Positions 1 to 11,353 of a DNA stretch of 64,000 nucleotides are shown here, in pieces. The position numbers and the translations under genes were made by a program. Under the pieces are notes generated by a model, which was not told where the DNA came from, made no database searches, and saw only the letters and a list, made by a program, of their open reading frames with translations. Where the stretch lies: NCBI GenBank assembly GCA_037447605.1, contig CM074812.1:1984001-2048000 (forward strand), given 5' to 3'. This stretch comes from Zygnema circumcarinatum SAG 698-1b. Its lineage: Eukaryota; Plantae; Zygnematophyceae. The first letter of the stretch is position 1, and each line of letters opens with the position of its first letter.

Positions 1-108
1 TAGGGGATGAAAACTCTGACTTTAAATATCTCGATTCAACTGAGTCAAATTTCTGCTAATCGAAAGTCACCATATTGAATCATCGTAAAGGAGGCATTGA
101 GTTCGAAC

Positions 109-3091
109 CTTGATCGGGGCATCAAATGATTTTGCCACGCTAACCATCACAGGCGTGCAGAAAACCCAGAAAATGTCATAGAAAAAGAGTCCTGCCTGCA
201 AGGACAAAATAAACACGAAAAAGGTTGAAAAATGCCCAAACTAACAACTTTTTGCATACAGATCTCTCTGCAGGAATGAGAGCAGCATTGACTAAGTCAA
301 TTAGCCAGAAAAAAAAAAAAAGCGTTCAGAAAAAAACCGCAGAAAGGCAAAAATAAGTTCAGGTATGTGCATGTACGAACTCACCAATAGAATTCCACCA
401 ATCTTGAACGAGCCCAATGAGAGCAATTCAATACCCTGTTGAGGGGTAAAGAAGATTTAACGAAGACAAACACATTATCACAAAAGCCCAAAAAATGTCC
501 GTTCTAGAGTGGAAAATTTGTTGCTTCCCACTCCCTCCCTACCTCTCCTCTCCTCCCTACCTTCCTTCCTCTCCTACCCCCCCATCTCCCGACCCCTCGT
601 CTCTCCCTCCCCTCCTCCCTTTAGGAGCTTTTCATGTGCTTGTAAAGGTGCAAATTCCCTCGTCTCTCCCTCCCCTCTTCCCTCCTCAGATTAGGGGCTT
701 TTCATGTGATTGTAAAGGTGCAAGTTTGAGTGAGGGGTGTGTGCCTGGAGAGAGAAGGCGAGGCCGAGCGTGTTGTTGGCGAGCCAATGTTTGGTCGCCA
801 CATACCACGCACAGAAGGCAGCCGCCGGCACGCCCGCCACTACCTGCGCGCGAGTGAACTCCACCTCCAGACCTAAACCTGCCGCCGACAATGCAAACCA
901 CTAGGTGAGTGAGTGAGCTTGGATACTCACTCTCCTGAAGATACCCCTATGTTCACTTTCTCATGTATGATACATGCGATGCATACAAACTTGAAGGGGC
1001 GACTGACCTTCACTCAGCAGACATGACTGATCTCAATGTCCCTCTCCCTCCCCCTCCCCCTCTTTCTCCCTATCCCTCTTCGTCTCCCTCCCTTTTCCCG
1101 CTGCATCTCCTTTCCCCTCCCACTCGTTCCCTCCCCAACCCCCTTCCAATCCCCATTCTCTCCTCAGCACAAAATGATTTGAAGATGTGCGGACATTGAT
1201 AGTAATGCTTAGTTGCGTGACGCAGTCCAATCCTAGAGGAGGATCACATACCCCATCATACATATAAGAGGTCACATACTTTTAAAGTAAGGGAAGCGCC
1301 AGATGATGACCTCAGTATTCCACAGCTTTGGTAGAAATCCAGCGACAAGGGGAAGAATGGAAGCTCTATACACATGCACAACATCAAGAGAAAATTCCGC
1401 TTCACATTCACTTTTCTATCAGACTTTCTCATTCAAATGCAGGTATAGCAAGAGGTCAGCTTACATAAGCAGTCTAATTCTTAGTTCGACAATGATCCGT
1501 AGTCATCGGATGCACGACAATTGACTTCAAAATAATAAACAAAGGCAGGTTTTAAACAAATTAATTAGCTTTGGCTTTATTGTGCAGTATCTTCGGCTTA
1601 GAGAACAGCGTACCCAAGTGCCAAAACACCCAGCACGACGAAGTACGCTGTCAATACCATGTTCACAAGGTCCTTTGGCAGAAACTTGAAGAGCAGAAAG
1701 AGGCTCACTAACACGGCGCTCCCTATCAGCGGAAACCGCATCGCGTGCTCTTTCGACATCGTCTCCTGCCATCATGCCAGCAAGCTTCCAAAATTCGAAT
1801 GAAAATCCGCAAAATTTTTGGGCAAACTATGGCAAGATAAGCTGAGACGGGAGACTCCGAATGATGCAGAAGCACCAAAGTTGAGAGAGAGAGAGAGAGA
1901 GCGCGAAGGGGGATCGAATGAAACAGGGCACTGACCCTACACCTTCACCAATCTTTTCAGTAAAAACAGAATGAAGAACCCTCAAATCCAATCTTCCAAT
2001 GAAAAACGTTTCTTAGGAAAAGGTTTCCGTCCCTTTCTTTCACTCTCCTCTCCCCTATCCTTCCATCTCGCCTTCCCTTTCACTCCTTCCTCTCCCTCTG
2101 CCTCTCAACCTCCCCCAAAGGAGCAACCCTCCATCTCTTCAATCCCTCTTCTCCTCTACCCTTCCCACTCTCTCCTTCCCTCTCTCTCCTCTTTCCACCA
2201 CCTCTCTCTCCCACCCGCCCTCCCTCTCTGCCTTTCCTCTCTCCCACTTGGCTCACCATGGGTGCCGAGGCCTTAACGGAGCGCCAGCTCCCAACAAAGA
2301 CGGTGAGACAGGCGGTGAGGACCACGTTCACATTGGGATCCACATTTATGAATAGAGGAGCCCCTGCCACCCCTGCATAAAAAAATCCAAAAACCCTAAA
2401 GGCAACTTTAATATCACCTCACAATAAGAAGAAAGTGCAGGTTTTAACGTGTTGGAGAGGCGTGCTTTCATCTCTTTGAATCCAGGGCGGCAATTCATTG
2501 GTGCGCCCTCTCAGCGGGTCCGCGCGGGCCCGGTCTTTGAGCATTTCAGTTACACATCCGCTTTGAAGATCTGAGGGGTTTCTAGAACACAGAGAGTGCC
2601 TGGCTCAATCTCAAGTTTTTTCTTAAACAAAGAAGGTTGAAGCCAGATTCTCAGTTTTTTCATTCAAGTCTTCCAAGTTTTTTTTGCCAACCGGTCGCAT
2701 TTTCAGGAACGAGCAACTGATGCATGAAAGTTTTTGTTCAGAAAAACTGAAACATGTTTGGCTGGTTTCTGATTCCCTTACCGATCAACGCCAGATTTGC
2801 TGCCAGCTGCAGCTTCCCCATTGCAAGTTCAAACTAGAAAAAATGCAAAAAGCACTTCAAAAAAAAAAATCGAGTTACAAAATAATTAGCTGAAGCAGGA
2901 AGTGTATTTTCTGAAGGGAGACGAAATTTGAATGTAGCTATTCCTGCTTTGATCTTCGCTAACCTCCCTCCCTCTCTCCCTCCCAGCAAAGCCTGCTCGC
3001 TCTGCTCGGCCGACCAGCCGGCGCTTTGACTCGACCTGCCTGGACCTGCCGGCAGATCAACAATAGGTTGATTCACGCCCAACCTCGCCAT
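109..3091 (-). CDS. SPP: Signal peptide peptidase (presenilin-type aspartyl intramembrane protease), multi-exon, 3' part runs off the left edge
   Basis: Minus-strand exons with GT-AG ends: MARLGVNQPIVDLPAG (from 3091); VAGAPLFINVDPNVNVVLTACLTVFVGSWRSVK (~2260-2350); ETMSKEHAMRFPLIGSAVLVSLFLLFKFLPKDLVNMVLTAYF (~1613-1767); SILPLVAGFLPKLWNTEVIIWRFPYFK (~1280-1365); LEVEFTRAQVVAGVPAAAFCAWYVATKHWLANNTLGLAFSLQ (~746-870); GIELLSLGSFKIGGILL (~386-435); AGLFFYDIFWVFCTPVMVSVAKSFDAPIK (109-195, YD catalytic motif). Colinear with plant SPP. Confidence 0.95.
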
Positions 3092-3356
3092 CCACTTCGA
3101 GTCAACTCAACTCAATTTCCGCCCCTCTCTGAGTCTACCTCCCGCGTCCACTCCACTCGCAGTCGCAGCGCGCGGATCAACCACTGTCGAAACCGAAGTT
3201 GAGCAAGGGGAAAAAACCGCAAAAGCCACCTGCATCGTATCGTATCGCGTCTCGATATATCCGAGTATCGTCATATCGCCTGCTGGGAAAAGCGCCCCCT
3301 GTGCCCTGCGACCCTGCCCGTGTTGGATGCGGCTCCGGGTTGACTCCGCTGACACC

Positions 3357-3949
3357 ATGGGCGAGGGGAGAGTACTGAAGGTCGCAATTATCTCAAGGAT
3401 TTTTGTACTGCTTTTGGCTGCTATTTTCGACTATTTTGCAGAGGATTATGACGAATCGGCTCTTCTTGGGAGCGACTGTTTGCGGGATCAAGGTGCCAAA
3501 CGGGATGGAATTGACGAATATCAATTTTCAGGTAATTTCTTCACTTCAAAAATAGCCAAAAAGTTAAACAGAAGGAAAAGTAATTTTTAGACTAGATCTG
3601 GATTGCTTTAATGTGAATTTCCATTTCCATTTCAATTTTTTTTTTCTATCCTCGATTGGGTTATCATGCCTTCTTTGAATGCAAACATTTGAACACCCGA
3701 ATCCGATGTACCTTAGAATTCTTGAAACGCTCACAACCACAGGATTTCAAGACCTCAAATCTCGAATTTACCCCTTAGTTAAATTAAGTTGTGAAATTTC
3801 GCGCTCTATCTTGAAATAGTCACACCGTTGGAAGGTGTTCGTCTCCATGGCCACATTTAAAACCCTCAGTATTTAAAACTTGGAATCATGAAATGCTCAA
3901 TGCTCTGACTACTCGATTGGCCCCTCTTCCTCCTCTCCCCGTGCTCGCT

Positions 3950-3990
<41 letters not shown>

Positions 3991-4678
3991 TATCCTATCC
4001 TCATCCCTGTGATTCGCTTTTTTCTTTCGCTCAAATCCTTTGCTCTCTTCTCATTCCCCCCTGGTCTCCCCCTTTCCCCCTTCTTCCCTCTTTAACTCTC
4101 ACCTCCCTCCCTCCCTCCCTCCCTCCCTTCCCCCTTTTCCCATCCCTTCCTCCCTCTCCCTCCCTCCCCNNNNNNNNNNCCCCTCCCCTCCCCTCCCCTC
4201 CCCCCTCCGTGCAGGCCTGGTGCAGGGGTGGGCTGTGTGGGACGGCGTGTGGACTGTGCGCGCAGCGCAGTGCGGGTACGAGGGCGAGCGCGCGCACGCC
4301 TTCCTCCCCGCGCTGCCCGCCGCCCTGCGCCTCCTCGCGCCCGCCCTCGCCGGTCGGTCGCTCGCTCGGTGCGCCTCATGCTGCAGATGGAAGGGTTTAG
4401 GGTTCAGCCTTCAGGGCCGCAGGGTTCAGAGTTGAGCGGCCGGGCCCTGACTGCCTGCCTGTCTGCCCGCAGCGGCGGCGCCGCGGTTGGGGCTGCGGAC
4501 CGCGCTGGTGCTCGCCGGGCTCCTCCTCTCCAATGCCGCCACGGTTCTGGCGGCGCTCTTCCTCTACAGGTGGACCTGCTCGTTAGAGAGAGAGACGCGT
4601 GTAGAGAGAGAGAGGGAGAGAGAGAGAGAGCGAGAGAGAGAGCGAGAGAGAGAGAGAGAGCGAGAGAGAGAGCTAGAC

Positions 4679-4723
<45 letters not shown>

Positions 4724-5794
4724 GAGCGAGGAAGACAGATTTCTTTTCTCTCCCTATTCCTCCTCTTCTCTGCCACTCTTGAACAGTGTCTCTCCTTCTT
4801 TCTCTCCTCTCGCCCTTCCTCCTTTCCCTCTCCAGCACATTCAACAAGGCTGTTCTCCCCTCTTCTCTCTCGCCCTCCGCCCTCCATCTCTAGCAGGCTC
4901 AGTTTGGCGATCCTTAAAAGTAAGCAGCGCGCATTCATGGCGGCTGTCTTCTTCTGCTTCAATCCGGCCTCCGTGTTCTACTCTTCCATGTAAAATTGGA
5001 GTCGCTTTGAGTGAGCTTTCAGCCGAAATTTGGTGTGGGGGGCAGGGGGGAGAGAGAGAGAGGGAGAGAGGAGAGAGAGAGAGAGAGAGAGGGAGGAGAG
5101 CGGGGCTCTCACATCCCTTAAAACCTTCAACTGAGACCCCCAATTTCTTAAACCCGGAGGTCCTGAACACGAGAATCTTAATCCTTAAGGCCGAATCCTC
5201 CCTGAGATCTTAAACCCTAAACCCTCAACATTGAAGTCTTAACTTTATAGACCATAAAAACTAAACCCTTATCCCTAAGCTCGAAACCCCTTACTTTTTT
5301 ACCCTGAAGACTACAAATATTTACCCTGAGTCTCATAAACCCTAAACCTCCAACCCTCTTGACCCCTTCAACGCTCCTCTCCGCCTCCCTCCCCGCCAGA
5401 TACACGGAAGGCCTTTTCTCCCTCCTATCGTTTGCGGGCATGTGGCTCGCTGTGAGTGGCGCCACGTGGCGCGCCGCCGTGCTCTTCATGGTCTCCGCGT
5501 CCGTACGGTCCAACGGCGTCCTCCACTGCGCCCTCCTCCTCTTCCGCGGTCTGCACCGCGCGGCGGCGCGCCGACACCGCCCATGGGTGAGCCAGGCAGG
5601 GAAGGGTTGAGGGCGAGGGTTTAAGGTTCAGGGCAGGCAGGCAGGCAGGCAGGCAGGGGTTGAGGGCGAGGGTTTAAGGTTCAGGGTAGGCAGGCAGGCA
5701 GGCAGGCAGGCAGGGGTTGAGGGCGAGGGTTTAAGGTTCAGGGCAGGCAGGCAGGCAGGCAGGCAGGGGTTGAGGGCGAGGGTTTAAGGGTCAG

Positions 5795-5825
<31 letters not shown>

Positions 5826-5962
5826 GTTGAGGGCGAGGGTTTAAGGTTCAGGGCAGGCAGGCAGGCAGGCAGGCAGGGGTTGAGGGCGAGGGTTTAAGGT
5901 TCAGGGTAGGCAGGCAGGCAGGCAGGCAGGCAGGGGTTGAGGGCGAGGTTTAAGGTTCAGGG

Positions 5963-5995
<33 letters not shown>

Positions 5996-6021
5996 GTTGA
6001 GGGCGAGGGTTTAAGGTTCAG

Positions 6022-6052
<31 letters not shown>

Positions 6053-6080
6053 GTTGAGGGCGAGGGTTTAAGGTTCAGGG

Positions 6081-6121
<41 letters not shown>

Positions 6122-9100
6122 GTTGAGGGCGAGGGTTTAAGGTTCAGGGCAGGCAGGCAGGCAGGCAGGCAGGGGTTGAGGGCGAGGGTTTAAGGTTCAG
6201 GGTAGGCAGGCAGGCAGGGGTTCAGGGCGAGGGTTTAAGGTTCAGGGTAGAGATTAGGGTTTAGAGTTTAGGGTTTCGTTAGAGTTCAGGGGTAGGGGTT
6301 TCGGGGTCAGGGTTTAAGAGTTAACTGGTTGGAGTTCAGGAGGTAGGGTTTCGGGTTTGGGGGTGAGGGGGGGCCGGGGAGTTAGCTCTGAGGGGGTGAA
6401 GTTTGGAGGTTGGAGGTTAGTTAGGGTCAAGGTGACAGAAATTAAGCGTCGTCGGCTATGAGGATGGTCCAGGGTTTAACGTTCAGGGGTTAGGGCTGGG
6501 GGGTAGGTGGTTAGGGTTTAAGGTTCAAAGTATGGGTCAAGGCTTAGGGTTGATTGTTGAAGGTTGTGGGATCAATGTTTATGGGCTGTTAGGGATTAAG
6601 GGTCAAATTTCAGATTTCAGGATTCAAGGCTTTCAAAGATTGCTATTTATTCGGGGAATGCAGAACAGTTACAAGTTTGAACTTTCTCATGATTCTCTCT
6701 CTTTGAATCTCGCTCTCCCTCTCGCTCTCTACCTCTCCTCCTTTCCAGCCCTTCCAGCCCTTCCATCTTCCCCTCGACTCCTTCTCCACAGCTCCGTCCC
6801 TACTTCTATCCGTCCTCCCTCTCGTCCCCAACTCTTCTCCCTCTCTTTCTCCTTTCTCTCCCTTTCCCTCCATTTCTCCACTTTCTCTTCCTCTCGTTAA
6901 CCCAACTTCTTTCCAATATCTCACTTCTTATCCATTTGTTTTCTTCTCAAACGTTTTTTTCTACTCCCGCAGGCCGCAGCAGTGGAGGTGTTCACCGCCC
7001 TCTGTCAGAGTGCCACGTGTCTGCTCCTGTTTGTTGCATTTCAGGTGTACGGCTACCTCTCATTCTGCCCTTCCCTTTCACACCTTTCGGACATTTCAGA
7101 GGTGGGAGAAGCCACAGAGAGAGAGCCTCGGCCCTGGTGTACGGACAGGGTGCCTTATCTCTATCGGTTTGTGCAGTCCCACTACTGGTGAGAGTCTCAC
7201 TCCCTTTCTTCTCTTTCTTCTCTTCCATCTTTTTTTCTCTTTCTTTTCTCTTTTTTTTTTTTTTCAGCCCCCTTCTCTCCCTTTCTCATTCTTTTTTGAC
7301 TCTTTGACCTTGTTCTCTGCCAATTTCATTCTTCAGGAATGTTGGATTTCTGCGATATTTTGAGGTAAAGCAGATTCCGAATTTCGTGCTCGCGTCACCC
7401 TCGCTTGTGCTCGCAGCCTCGGCCGTGTGCAGCTTCGCGGCAGCTTCTCCAACTCTCTTCTTTTCTCTCGGGTTTAAAAATCGCCAAGAGAGTCGTACGG
7501 TTACTGAGACCTATATGCGCAAAGCCGGGACTAAAACTGAAACTATAACAGAACCTGGAACTGGAACTGGAACTGGGCATGAAGAGGGTAGCAAAGAAGC
7601 CTTCGGAGTTGGGATCAGGGTAGGAGAAGGAGAGAGGAGAGAGAGAGGAGAGGGAGGAGGCAGAGGAGGCGAGAAGGGAGAGAGAGGAGAAGAGAGTCGA
7701 GGAGCAGGAGGAGAGAGAGGAGGATCGAGAAAAAGATTAAAAAATACCGCGGGCGAAAAAAATACTAGGAGAGGTGATGATTTTGTTCAGTCCACAGAAG
7801 GAGACTTTTCATCGAAGGAAAGGTTTTTTTATTCCGTGGAAGTTCTGCCTTTCATTTATCTGCTCGCATTTATGCTCTTTGTGGCGGTCTTCATCATGCA
7901 CGTGCAGGTGAGCTTAACTGAGAACTGGCGTGATGTGACAGTTGAAGTTTTGGTGCAAGAAAACTCCTCCCCCTCCCCCTCCCCTCCCCCTCCTCCTCCC
8001 CCTCCCCCTCCCCCTCCCCTCCCCCTCCCCCTACCTCCCTCCCCTCCCCCTCTCCTCCCTCCCTCCCCTCCCCCTCCCTCCCCCTCTCCCTCCCTCCCCT
8101 CCCCCTCCCTCCCTCCCTCCCTCCCTCCCTCCCTCTCCCTCCCTCCCCTCCCTCCCTCCCTCCCTCCCTCCCTCCCCCTCCCCCTCCCTCCCTCCCTCCC
8201 TCCCTCCCTCCCTCCCCCTCCCTCCCTCCCTCCCTCCCTCCCCCTCCCTCCCCTCCCTCCCCCTCCCCCTCCCCCTCCCCCTCCCCCTCCCCCTCCCCCT
8301 CCCTCCCCCTCCCTCCCTCCCCCTCCCTCCCCCTCCCCTCCCCCTCCCCTCCCTCCCCTCCCCCCTCCCTCCCCCTCCCTCCCTCCCCCTCCCTCCCCCT
8401 CCCTCCCTCCCCCTCCCTCCCCCTCCCCCTCCCTCCCTCCCTCCCCCTCCCCCTCCCCCTCCCCCTCTCCCCCTCCCCCTCCCTCCCCCTCCCCTCCCCT
8501 CCCTCCCTCCCTCCCTCCCTCCCTCCCTCCCTCCCCCTCCCCCTCCCTCCCTCCCCTCCCCCTCCCCCTCCCCTCCCCCTCCCTCCCCCTCCCCCTCCCT
8601 CCCTCCCTCCCCCTCCCTCCCCTCCCTCTCCCTCTCCCTCCTCCCTCCCTCCCTCCCTCCCTCCTCCCTCCCTCCCCCTCCCTCCCTCCCTCCCCTCCCT
8701 CCCTCCCTCCCTCCCCCTCCCTCCCTCCCTCCCTCCCCCTCCCTCCCTCCCTCCCCCTCCCTCCCTCCCTCCCTCCCTCCCCCTCCCTCCCTCCCCCTCC
8801 CTCCCCCTCCCTCCCCTCCCTCCCTCCCCCTCCCCCTCCCCCTCCCTCCCTCCCTCCCCCTCCCCCTCCCCTCCCCCTCCCTCCCCTCCCCCTCCCCCTC
8901 CCCTCCCCCTCCCCCTCCCCCTCCCCCTCCCCCTCCCCCTCCCCCTCCCTCTCCTTCCTCCCTCCCTCCCTCCCTCCCTCCCTCCCCCTCCCCCCTCCCC
9001 CCTCCCCTCCCCCTCCCCCTCCCTCCCCCTCCCCCTCCCTCCCCTCCCCTCCCCCTCCCTCCCCCTCTCCCTCCCTCCCCCTCCCCTCCCCTCCCCCTCC

Positions 9101-9411
9101 CCCTCCCCCTCCCCCTCACCCTCCCTCCCCCTCCCCCTCTGATCCCTCTTTCCCCTATTCTCTCTCCCTCTCCCTCACCCGTGAGAGCTCTACTCCTCCC
9201 TTTACAGGTAGCCACAAGATTTTTGTCGACAAGTCCTCCGATTTATTGGTTCATCTCTCGTCTCCTCCAACCAAAGCCTCCTTTCACTGGGGGCAAAAAA
9301 GGAATAAAACTCGTATTTTTGAACAGAACAGGGCAAATAATTTGGGGATTTTTTTTATCGTACATTTTGGTGGGCACGTTGTTGTTCATCAACTTCTACC
9401 CCTTCACATGA
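3357..9411 (+). CDS. PIGV: GPI mannosyltransferase 2 (PIG-V/GPI18), multi-exon
   Basis: Exons MGEGRVLKVAIISRIFVLLLAAIFDYFAEDYDES (3357-); WAVWDGVWTVRAAQCGYEGERAHAFLPALP (WD..GYE..AFLP signature); FCFNPASVFYSSM; YTEGLFSLLSFAG..VRSNGVLH; PWCTDRVPYLYRFVQSHYW; NVGFLRYFEVKQIPNFVLASP; FIMHVQ; VATRFLSTSPPIYW..LFINFYPFT* (stop 9409-9411). Confidence 0.95.
5604..6245 (+). repeat. Composite intronic tandem repeat, about 12 units: constant GGGGTTGAGGGCGAGGGTTTAAGGTTCAGGG plus variable (CAGG)n
   Basis: Read directly; starts just after the PIG-V donor CCATGG|GTGAGC and merges into a degenerate TTTAGGG tract up to ~6620. Confidence 0.95.
7963..9135. repeat. ~1.17 kb low-complexity tract almost entirely C and T, inside a PIG-V intron
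   Basis: Mosaic of CCT/CCCT/CCCCCT with almost no purines, between donor CAG|GTGAGC (~7908) and acceptor TTTACAG|GTAGCC (~9207). Confidence 0.97.
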
Positions 9412-10092
9412 CATCGGGCAGAGTCTGTGTGAGATGAAAGTAGTTTCTTTGAAATTCTGATTTTAAAGTTGTGAGTGATCGAGGTCTTACATATTCCTAG
9501 AGAGATTGAATTTTGGGTTGGGTCACTAACTACAAGTGTAATCCTAACTTCGTCCAATTGCTTGTCGTGTTGCGGCATTGCTTGCTCTGCGTCCGTACAA
9601 TGTGAGGCCGGCTGTCATGTTGTTGGGTCGTCCCAAACCCTAGAAGTCCCTCTCAGTGAGCGCCCGCCGGCCGACAGAGCGTGCCGGCGCCGGCCGTATC
9701 GCAGCGCCGGCAAATACTGCCGGTTGCGGCCGATACGCCGGCGGTGTATCGCCGGGGGGAGGCACGACAAGCGCGTACTGTAATTAACAAGTGCAAAGGG
9801 TGTGAGTGCCACTTCCATTTCTTGTGTGACATTGATCTCACGATGGCGAGGCCATCAAATGTGCATGGACAACATCATCATGGGAAACCACGAGGAACTG
9901 GGCGCAAAGGACCTAAGCACAAAGGAAAAAGCGAGGAGCGTAAAGCTACGCCTAGGCTCAACAAAGTCCGATTTTAGCTATTTCATCGAGGCATGAGAAG
10001 GGGGAAATTGAAGTTGTTGCTCCGAACAGCCTCAGCACCATTTATTTATTTCCAATTTGAAATGCAAAATTTAAGCTTCGAGATTCGAGTTT

Positions 10093-11288
10093 TCAAAGTC
10101 TGAAATCTGGATTATCCAAGCTCAAGATTCCATGAATCAAGATTTCTAGGAACTTCAGAATGTCGAATATGTCACCCCTTTCACATTTCATCCCTCGTTT
10201 TGTTTTTTAAAAGCCCGATCGAACTTGAGGACAGCGCGAACACTTTCAACGACGAGCAAAATCTGCGAAAGGGAAGCGAACGCGTGTAAGTTTTTGTTTT
10301 TTCGCGGAAACCGCAAACGAGCCAACAGTGCCATTCCTGCCTTTGGCCGGCGGGGAGAGGAGTAGAGTCTCTAGAGTTGAAGGGTTTCAGGGCGTCTAGG
10401 GTTTTAGCATTTATAGGGTTTAAGGGTTTTGGGGATTATAGAGTTTCTATGGATTTTGTGATTTTAGGGTTTGTAGGGTTTTCGGGTTCTTTGGCGACTG
10501 AGTGGCACCTGCACACACGCGTAGACGAGGCCGACTGCGAAATAAAAATTGGCATTTCCGGTTCCCTGGAAATTCCCCTCTCACAACAAAACATCAGATG
10601 TATCCCAGTTTGACAACAAAACAAAATAAAAGCAGAGTGACGGGCAGAAATGGGAAAAGGAAAATAGAGCTGTCGTCACTTTTTTCATTGGCCCCAATTA
10701 GACTTCATGAGGGACAACAGATCTAAAATGTTTCCGGGGAGGGGGAGGGCGTAAATGGGTCGAAATTGTAGCTATGAAAGGGTTAAACTGGGCATGAATG
10801 GGGTAAACTCGATTGGCAGAAAACATAGGTGGTTGGAGGTACAAGCGAGGGGGCTAAATGGGGTATAGTTAGTCATAGGGCGGGCTGGGGGCCCCACTCG
10901 CCAAATCCAAAGATCGTACATGACGGGGCCCATCGCCGCCGCATAAACATACCCGAAAAAAAGGACAAAAAAAAAGCGCATTTCTGCAAAATCCAATGTG
11001 AAAAATACAAAGAATTAGATCTAAAACCCTATGTGTAAATACAGAGAACGGCTCCACACTCGTTTAAATTCCTTCATTTCTTTTTTTGGATATTCACGCT
11101 TAGGAATTTTATTGTACAATTTTTCTTTTCGCCGTATGGTCCTTTTTTTGGACGTGAGTTACACATGAAGGGAGAATGTTTCAAAGATGGCCCACCTCTT
11201 ACTTCCCTTGTGAAAAACGGCAACATGGAGAGGTAGAAAGCAGAATCTGCAAGCTGAGGTCGCACATGCAGCAGGTGAGAAAGAGAGA

Positions 11289-11353
<65 letters not shown>

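Noticed and set aside
95-115. GTTCGAACC resembling a tRNA T-loop
   Set aside because: It is the SPP exon-intron boundary (AAG|GTTCGAAC on the minus strand); no cloverleaf.
4571-4895. (GA)n 5' half and (CT)n 3' half of an intron as a base-paired bridge between splice sites
   Set aside because: Seen in only two or three introns; most others carry one polarity only, so no general rule is supported.
7386-9437. 683-aa, 489-aa and 394-aa Pro-rich or Gly/Glu/Arg-rich ORFs that look like extensins
   Set aside because: They run through the C/T-only intron of PIG-V, where stops cannot occur; the flanking parts are real PIG-V exons in two different frames.
9802-9996. Short ORFs between PIG-V and PIG-U (MARPSNVHGQHHH.. 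and MDNIIMGNHEEL..)
   Set aside because: No homology recognised; within likely 3' UTR space; too short to support.
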